Below, piece by piece: positions 57,427 to 64,000 of a stretch of DNA of 64,000 nt. The stretch comes from an uncultured Microscillaceae bacterium (GTDB lineage: Bacteria; Bacteroidota; Bacteroidia; Cytophagales; Microscillaceae). The notes beneath the pieces were generated by a model. It made no database searches. It was not told the DNA's origin and worked only from the letters and a program-made list of their open reading frames with translations. The stretch lies in the NCBI GenBank assembly GCA_963922455.1, contig CAWUIO010000006.1, positions 1,255-65,254 on the forward strand, written 5' to 3'. The position numbers and the translations under genes are program-made. Position 1 is the stretch's first letter. Every line of letters begins with the position of its first letter.

Positions 57427-59691
57427 ATGCAAATTGTCACTCGTTTACTTCTACTCTTTCTAGGTTTATCCCATCAACTCCCGGCGCAAAGCCTCCTCAG
57501 AGGTAGAGTGCTCGACCAAACTACCCAAGAAGCCTTGGTGGGGGTTACTATTCAAAATGCTCAAACCAGCACCGGAACGTTTACCGATGAGCGGGGATAT
57601 TTTGAAATAGCTTGGGCAAGCGAATTACTCATAAGCCATATCGGTTACCAAGCCCTTCGCTATCCCCCATCCCAGGAAGCCCAAGATCTCATTATTTACC
57701 TAAAACCTCAGGCAGAATCATTATCTGAGATCATCGTTCAAGCGGCGTCTTCCCCTCGTTTTTACCGTCATACCGCAGGGTCTGTAGCATTGGTTGACAG
57801 CTTAGCCTTAGTGAGAGATGCCGAAATTAATATTCAAGATGCCTTAAACCGAATTCCGGGTATTTATTTCCACAATGGGGCCTTAAACACCAATCGCCTC
57901 ACCGTGCGGGGTATTGGGTCGCGCTCCTTATTTAGCACCCGAAACATACGGGCCTACCTAGACGAGATCCCCTTGAGTACGGGTGAAAACGAAACCACCC
58001 TCGAAGATTTAGACTTGGATATTTTGGATAGAGTGGAAATTCTCAAAGGCCCCGGGCCCAGCGCTTACGGAGCCGGATTGGGAGGTACTTTGTTGCTTCG
58101 CTCCCGGGCTCAAAAAACCGAAGGTACGTTTGCCCGCCATCAAAGCCAATTTGGCTCCTACGGCCTTCGAAAAACCAAGCAAAGCTTCGGAATTCAGCAC
58201 CGCAAATTACAATGGAATGCCACGTATACCAACCTACACAGTGAGGGATACCGGGACAATAATCAATACGACCGCCACAGTGTCTACCTCCTCGGTCAAG
58301 TAAGGCCCAACCCTTACCAAAAACTGAGCTTTTTGGGGATTTATCAATCCTTGGTAGCCTTTATCCCAAGTTCTCTCAATGCCGATGACTTTAGGGAAAA
58401 TCCCCGCCAGGCTGCCTTTACCTGGGGCGCCTCTCAAGGAAATGAAGATGCCGAGCGGGGCACCTTTGGTCTTTCTTTTCAAAATCAGGGCCCGGATGCT
58501 TGGGATTGGTCGGGCAGTATTTTTATGAACTTTCGCCAGGCCCGGGAAATTCGGCCATTCAACTTACTCAACGAACAGTCTCAAAACGCGGGTTTACGTT
58601 TTCAAGTAGGCTATAACTTCAAAATCTTGGGCTTTCCCGCCAGTGTCCGCTTGGGAGGAGAGTATTTCAGGGAGCTCTATGAGGCCGAAACCTTTGAAAA
58701 TGAAGACCGAACCTATGGAGCCCAACTTAGCAATCAGGAACAAGTACGACAATACGGCAATGCCTTTCTTATGCTGAGCCAACAGGTCACTTCCAAATTA
58801 TTTTTGGAAACCAGTTTGCATAGTAATAAAACCTTGTACGAAGTACGTGACTTTATTGATCCGGACAATGAAGGGAATTACACCTTCGAAACTATCTGGT
58901 CACCCCGCTTGGGCCTCCGTTACCAAGTAAATGATTTATGGAACCTTCAATTTACCTTGAGCCACGGTTTCTCACAACCCGCCGTTGACGAAACCCTCAC
59001 CCCCGAAGGCCAGTTTAACCCCGACATCCAACCCGAAACCGGCTGGAATTATGAGTTAAGTAGCCGTGGCAGCCTTCTCAAAGGACGTTTTTGGTATTCC
59101 CTCAGCGTGTATACCATGCGAATTAAAAATTTACTGGTAGCCCGACGCACGGCCTCCGATGCATTTGTAGGCGTAAATGCCGGAAGTACCCGTCACAACG
59201 GTATTGAGCTGGAAGCCAATGCCTTACTCTGGCAAAATATGTCCAACCAAGGCCGTTTCTTTGTCAATTATACCTTGGCCGATTACACCTTCAAAGATTT
59301 TGTCGACCTAGAAGATGACTTTTCCGGCAATGATCTTACCGGTACTCCTCGCAATACCCTCAATGCGGGACTAGATGTAAATCTTCCCTGGGGCTTTTTC
59401 ACCCACCTCAATATCCAGTGGATTGACCGTATACCGATCAATGATGCCAATACCGTATATTCTGATTCTTATTTTCTTACTCATGTAAAATTGGGCCATC
59501 GACTCCAATGGAAAGGTGGCTGGACCTTGGAAACCCAGGTGGGTATCCGTAATCTTTTTGATGAGCGCTACGCTTCTATGTTGCAGATCAACGCCTTAGC
59601 CTTTGGGAATGCTTTGCCCCGGTACTTTTATCCGGGTCTTCCCCGTAACTATTTTGGGGGTATTAAACTCTCCTGGCAGCTTTCTAAGTAA
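57427..59691 (+). CDS. TonB-dependent receptor
   Basis: Signal peptide, carboxypeptidase-regulatory-like N-terminus (LRGRVLDQTTQEALVGVTIQN), plug domain (RIPGI...VRGIG) and a C-terminal beta-barrel. Start is uncertain (57406 or 57427). Confidence 0.85.
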   Translation: MQIVTRLLLLFLGLSHQLPAQSLLRGRVLDQTTQEALVGVTIQNAQTSTGTFTDERGYFEIAWASELLISHIGYQALRYPPSQEAQDLIIYLKPQAESLSEIIVQAASSPRFYRHTAGSVALVDSLALVRDAEINIQDALNRIPGIYFHNGALNTNRLTVRGIGSRSLFSTRNIRAYLDEIPLSTGENETTLEDLDLDILDRVEILKGPGPSAYGAGLGGTLLLRSRAQKTEGTFARHQSQFGSYGLRKTKQSFGIQHRKLQWNATYTNLHSEGYRDNNQYDRHSVYLLGQVRPNPYQKLSFLGIYQSLVAFIPSSLNADDFRENPRQAAFTWGASQGNEDAERGTFGLSFQNQGPDAWDWSGSIFMNFRQAREIRPFNLLNEQSQNAGLRFQVGYNFKILGFPASVRLGGEYFRELYEAETFENEDRTYGAQLSNQEQVRQYGNAFLMLSQQVTSKLFLETSLHSNKTLYEVRDFIDPDNEGNYTFETIWSPRLGLRYQVNDLWNLQFTLSHGFSQPAVDETLTPEGQFNPDIQPETGWNYELSSRGSLLKGRFWYSLSVYTMRIKNLLVARRTASDAFVGVNAGSTRHNGIELEANALLWQNMSNQGRFFVNYTLADYTFKDFVDLEDDFSGNDLTGTPRNTLNAGLDVNLPWGFFTHLNIQWIDRIPINDANTVYSDSYFLTHVKLGHRLQWKGGWTLETQVGIRNLFDERYASMLQINALAFGNALPRYFYPGLPRNYFGGIKLSWQLSK

Positions 59692-59885
59692 TTCCAGAAA
59701 AGCTTGGATACGCTCTATTTGGCTTGCCAAACTTGGCAAAATTTGAGTATTAGCCTATGAACCAGGGAGTCCTGCTTATTTTTTAGAAGATAGAAATACA
59801 TTCTCCAAACTTTCTTCTAAATTAGTAATCTGAAAATTTTTAATTAACTCATATCATCTCCAGGATTCCATTCCGGTTTTACGTC

Positions 59886-61742
59886 ATGATACCTCGTTTG
59901 ATAAATCCTCCATCTATCCGTCTCCTCCTCTGGATTCTTTTATATCTTTCCTTTCCTGCCTCTTCGCAAGAAATCCAAAAAGTGGAGCCAGCCAATTGGT
60001 GGGTAGGCATGAAAGACCCCAAATTGCAAATCATGCTCTATGGCCAAGATCTAGCTGGGGCCCAGGTTAGCCTGGACTATCCGGGCTTCCGTTTAGATCA
60101 AGTGGTTCAATTGGCCAATCCCAATTATCTACTCCTAGAACTGAGCCTTAGTACTGACTGCGCTCCCGGACAAGCCCAAATCAAATTAGAAAAAGGGCGC
60201 TGGAAACAAACCATTCCTTACGAACTGAAAGCCCGCAGTCAGGATACCCGCCGGTACCGTGGCTTTTCCCCCGCCGATGTGATCTACTTACTCATGCCCG
60301 ACCGCTTTGCCAATGCGCTTCCTGAAAACGATGAAATAGAAGGCATGCGGGAATCTCTTGACCGGGAGGATGAGTACGGCCGTCACGGAGGGGACATCCA
60401 AGGCATCCGTGACCATGTAGATTATTTTAAGAACATGGGTATCACCACGCTCTGGTTGAACCCTTTGCTCGAGAATGACATGCCCAAGCAATCCTACCAC
60501 GGATACGCCATCACCGATTTTTACCAAGTAGACGCCCGGTTTGGGAGCAATGAAGACTACCGTAAACTAGTGGATGACATACGAGAGCAAGGTATGAAAT
60601 GTATTATGGACATGGTGGTAAACCATTGCGGCTTAAACCACTATTTTATTGCCGACCCCCCAGGCAAAGGCTGGGTACACGAGTTTCCGGAGTTTACCCG
60701 TAGCAATTACCGGGGCGTAGCTGCCTTGGACCCTTACCAGGCCCCTTCTGATTATACCTTAGTCCGACAAGGCTGGTTTGATACCACGATGCCCGATTTA
60801 GATCAGCGCAACCCCCTGTTGGCGCGCTATCTTATACAGAATTCAATCTGGTGGATTGAGTATTTAGGCCTAGATGGCATACGAATGGATACGTATTCCT
60901 ACCCCTATCGTACGTTTTTAGCCGATTGGGCGGGAGCCATCCGGAATGAATACCCAACCTTTAGTATTGTAGGCGAAGTATGGGAATATCATGTGCCCAC
61001 TCAAGCCTACTGGCACGATGGACAGCCTAATCAGGATGGATATGATAGTAATATCCAAAGTGTCACCGATTTTACCTTACAAAAAGCCTTAGATTTGGCC
61101 TTTAAGGAAGAACCCGGCTGGGATGTGGGCTTGGCCCGCATTTACTATACCCTGGCTCAAGATCATGTATATCCCGATCCGAGTCAGAACTTGATCTTTG
61201 TAGACAACCACGACATACCCCGTTATTTTACGGTGGTGGGTGAAGACATCCGTAAGTACAAGATGGGCTTGATTGTCACTCTGACCACTCGCGGAATTCC
61301 CCAGTTGTACTATGGCACCGAATTGGCCTTAGGCGGCGAGACGCACGGTCAGGTGCGTCCTGAATTTCCCGGGGGCTGGGCCGATCATAGCAAAAATGCC
61401 TTTACCGGAGAGGGATTGAGCGCCGAGGAAAAAGATATACAAAACTTTTGTGCTAAGTTGATCAACTGGCGTAAAAACCAAAAAGCCATCCATGAGGGCA
61501 AATTGAGACACTATATCCCCGAGGATGGGATATACGTCTATTTCCGCTACCTAGACGATGCCTGCGTGATGGTGCTTCTCAACAACAAGGAAGAAACGCA
61601 GGTGGTAAACACCCAACGTTTTGCCGAAAGCATGCAAGGCTATACCCAAGCCTGGGACCTTATCCACGAACGTAATCTTAGCGATCTTTCCAAAATCACC
61701 CTGGCCGCCAAATCCGGTCTTATCTTAGAGCTAAAAAAATAG
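59886..61742 (+). CDS. GH13 alpha-amylase family enzyme (cyclomaltodextrinase/neopullulanase-like) with signal peptide
   Basis: Cyc-maltodextrin N-domain (VEPANWWVGMKDPKLQIMLYG) and GH13 regions DMVVNHCG, GIRMDTYSY, GEVWE and FVDNHD. Confidence 0.85.
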   Translation: MIPRLINPPSIRLLLWILLYLSFPASSQEIQKVEPANWWVGMKDPKLQIMLYGQDLAGAQVSLDYPGFRLDQVVQLANPNYLLLELSLSTDCAPGQAQIKLEKGRWKQTIPYELKARSQDTRRYRGFSPADVIYLLMPDRFANALPENDEIEGMRESLDREDEYGRHGGDIQGIRDHVDYFKNMGITTLWLNPLLENDMPKQSYHGYAITDFYQVDARFGSNEDYRKLVDDIREQGMKCIMDMVVNHCGLNHYFIADPPGKGWVHEFPEFTRSNYRGVAALDPYQAPSDYTLVRQGWFDTTMPDLDQRNPLLARYLIQNSIWWIEYLGLDGIRMDTYSYPYRTFLADWAGAIRNEYPTFSIVGEVWEYHVPTQAYWHDGQPNQDGYDSNIQSVTDFTLQKALDLAFKEEPGWDVGLARIYYTLAQDHVYPDPSQNLIFVDNHDIPRYFTVVGEDIRKYKMGLIVTLTTRGIPQLYYGTELALGGETHGQVRPEFPGGWADHSKNAFTGEGLSAEEKDIQNFCAKLINWRKNQKAIHEGKLRHYIPEDGIYVYFRYLDDACVMVLLNNKEETQVVNTQRFAESMQGYTQAWDLIHERNLSDLSKITLAAKSGLILELKK

Positions 61743-61988
61743 GTGGAATTTAGTCTGTGCATAGCCAAGCGTAATCCATTAAAAAACTCAAGCAGCCCGG
61801 GCCGGACTTTCCTTAGCCACCTTCCCTCGCCCCAAGCAGCGTGGGGATCACGTTGGCCTCAAGATGAGATCTATCTCTGAGCCAGATAGTATATAAAGTC
61901 TAGCCTTACGTACGTCATGCCCCCCCTTATTGCCTTGAAACTTCATTCTTTGCCCCACAGTAGGAAAGAATAAAAAGCTAAACCCTGT

Positions 61989-62432
61989 ATGAAAAAAGAA
62001 CTGCGTAATAATTCGGGCTTTATGTATTATACCTTAGAGTACAAACCCGAACAAGAATTAATTATTTCAGCTTGGTATGGCGAAGATCTCAGCCTAAAAG
62101 AAATTCAAGAAGCCTGCACTTTAGCGCTTGACTTAATACAGGCGCATCAAATCCCACTTATTTTGAATGATAATAGCCAACTCACAGGAACCTGGGACAA
62201 CGCAAATGATTGGATTAATGACTATTGGATGCCCGAGGCTATCAAAGGAGGCTTAAAACGCTTTGCCCACGTTTTGTCACCAGAGTTTTATGCGCAATTA
62301 TCGGCCGAACTCATGGAGGATGACAATCAGAGCATCGCCGCCGATTTTGAACTTGTCATCTTTGAGGAGGTACAGGAAGCTGAGAATTGGCTGCTAAGTT
62401 ATCAAGGAAAAGCGGCAGAAAAGCTCTCTTAG
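61989..62432 (+). CDS. Hypothetical protein, paralog A of a tandem pair
   Basis: 147 aa. Clearly homologous to 62490-62927 (YYTLE(Y/F)KPEQELI, GTWDNA, GLKRFAHV). Confidence 0.6.
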   Translation: MKKELRNNSGFMYYTLEYKPEQELIISAWYGEDLSLKEIQEACTLALDLIQAHQIPLILNDNSQLTGTWDNANDWINDYWMPEAIKGGLKRFAHVLSPEFYAQLSAELMEDDNQSIAADFELVIFEEVQEAENWLLSYQGKAAEKLS

Positions 62433-62489
62433 ACCATATTAACCTTCTTAGAAAAAAAAACCCAAAATTCCTTCTCAAACTTAGCAAGT

Positions 62490-62927
62490 ATGACAAAAGA
62501 ACTCTATAAGCAAACGGGCTCAGTGTATTATACCTTGGAGTTTAAACCCGAACAAGAACTAATTGCTGCCGCTTGGTATGGCGAGCACCTGAGTGCCGAT
62601 GAAATCAAAAAAGCCTGTATGCTTTCCTTGGATCTTATCAGAAGTCAACAAATCAGCCTCTTCATCAACGACAATCGCAAGCTAGAAGGGACTTGGGACA
62701 ATGCAGAGGAATGGATTACGACCTACTGGATACCCGAAGCCCAAAAAGCAGGGCTTAAACGCTTTGCCCACGTGATTGCCCAAGAATTTTACGCCAAGCT
62801 TACCGCCGAATTGATTGATGACGATAATCCATCTTTTTCCCAAGATTATCAATTTCGGATTTTTGAAGATTACGAGAAAGCCCTGTCTTGGCTGGAGCGG
62901 TATCACGAGGAGAAGCTCACTGAATAA
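62490..62927 (+). CDS. Hypothetical protein, paralog B of a tandem pair
   Basis: 145 aa. See paralog A. Confidence 0.6.
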   Translation: MTKELYKQTGSVYYTLEFKPEQELIAAAWYGEHLSADEIKKACMLSLDLIRSQQISLFINDNRKLEGTWDNAEEWITTYWIPEAQKAGLKRFAHVIAQEFYAKLTAELIDDDNPSFSQDYQFRIFEDYEKALSWLERYHEEKLTE

Positions 62928-63064
62928 AATTTTAATTCTTTGCCCCCATATACAGTATAGGTATGGAGAAGAATTGGAAACGATAAAATTAGCCCCCAAG
63001 CCTGTTTAAACAATCGTTTTCAACTCAAAGCCCCGGTCCTTTCTAAACGCGCCCTTCTTTCTTT

Positions 63065-63196
63065 GGCTTAGGGATGGAGCGGCATGTTTGAGCTCGTAGG
63101 GGCCTGTGGGGAAAGGCAGCGAGTAGCGAGAGCCCGGCCCGCGCTGGCACTATTTGTACTAAGCTAATACAAAAGGTACGGGCGCGGGCAAGCCCC
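63065..63196 (+). repeat. Family-1 dispersed repeat, copy 16 (forward)
   Basis: GGCTTAGGGATGGAGCGGCATGTTTGAGCTCGTAGGGGCC...GCCCGGCCCGCGC, then a 37-nt unique segment, then GCGCGGGCAAGCCCC. Confidence 0.9.
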
Positions 63197-63213
63197 AAAT
63201 CTTTATCCTCTAT

Positions 63214-64000
63214 TTAAAACAAGAAGCCAAAACGGATTAGGATGATATTATCGTCATCCGAAGTGGTATAGGTCGCGGTGATACTTAAGGCATCGGCAGG
63301 AGTCAGCCAAATCCCTCCCCCATACCCTTGGTGGATTTTACTGGAGGTTTCGCCATTTTGCCAGACCCGGCCCCAATCATAAACGCCCATCAAGCCAACA
63401 AAACCGTTAAAAAAGAAGGTACGTAGTTTAAATAAACGAATGCGCAGGTCATTATTTTGGTAGAAACTACTTCGTCCTGAGAAGCGATCGTTACGATACC
63501 CCCTCAAATTACTACGGGCTCCCAAGGTATGGGCTTGGAAAAACTGGAAGTCGCCAAAATTGTGCCCCCCTCCAACCCGGCTCGCCAAGACAGCGCCCTG
63601 ACTAAAAGGTAGGTAAAAGGAAAAGTTACCGGTAAACTGAGCAAAATCGATGGGCAGCTCATCTGAGTCTTGGGTATTTCGAGAGTACCTACCCTCCAAT
63701 TGTAACAAGACCCCCCGACTAGGAAAGAGGAGGCTATTCCGCGTATCCAATTGATAATTGAGGGCGACACCCCCAAAATTGAAGCGTTTCCCTGGGATGT
63801 CTGCGGGGATTTCACCTGCGCGGCTGGCCTCACCCACAGAGCGGTCTACATTATCCTCACTGAGTACCTTGACCGATTGATAAAAACCGGCCAAACTTAG
63901 AAATGTACGGTCGTTTACCCAAACTTTGCGTATAGCGGGCTGAAACAAAAATTGGTTGTACCGGATTCGGTAAAAAGTAAGCCCTCGCTCATCTACCTCA
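63214..64000 (-). CDS. Omp85/BamA-TamA family outer-membrane protein, C-terminal barrel (gene continues past the window end)
   Basis: The frame stays open to base 64000. Beta-barrel pattern with the terminal ...IILIRFGFLF aromatic signature. Confidence 0.7.
   Translation of the reverse strand, partial: EVDERGLTFYRIRYNQFLFQPAIRKVWVNDRTFLSLAGFYQSVKVLSEDNVDRSVGEASRAGEIPADIPGKRFNFGGVALNYQLDTRNSLLFPSRGVLLQLEGRYSRNTQDSDELPIDFAQFTGNFSFYLPFSQGAVLASRVGGGHNFGDFQFFQAHTLGARSNLRGYRNDRFSGRSSFYQNNDLRIRLFKLRTFFFNGFVGLMGVYDWGRVWQNGETSSKIHQGYGGGIWLTPADALSITATYTTSDDDNIILIRFGFLF

Overview
This window looks like a chromosomal segment of a Bacteroidota-type genome. The phylum call is an inference from gene content: ribosomal protein bTHX, a TonB-dependent receptor, an ECF sigma/anti-sigma pair, many TPR and LVIVD lipoproteins, and DUF2480/DUF4175-like genes. 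Most of the window is ordinary housekeeping: nuoD, mnmE, ybeY, dinB, xth, uvrA, an ackA-pduL fusion, tRNA-Arg, a hybrid sensor kinase and a GH13 amylase. Four things stand out. (1) An AT-rich island lies between mnmE and tRNA-Arg (about 15.8-21.5 kb). It holds a decayed polymorphic-toxin locus: a 5'-truncated PT-TG-like toxin plus four promoterless orphan toxin tips, each followed by a small putative immunity gene. Three of the four tips carry the same junction GCCGCTAGGGGGG (AARGG) and the fourth a degenerate version. The island is bracketed by an IS256 transposase remnant and two 117-bp direct repeats. (2) A dispersed repeat family of about 130 bp has at least 16 copies, all intergenic and in both orientations. 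Each copy has a conserved module of about 85 nt, a stem whose two arms change together between copies, and a copy-specific segment of 30-37 nt enclosed by that stem. (3) A two-repeat orphan CRISPR-like array sits inside a tract of decayed genes (about 9.7-12.3 kb). (4) There are several smaller oddities: the AckA-PduL fusion, a solitary nuoD, in-frame TAA stops and an ion channel with a C-terminal zinc ribbon. No cas genes, integrase or intact transposase are visible. All functional calls come from motif recognition by eye and need HMM or BLAST confirmation.
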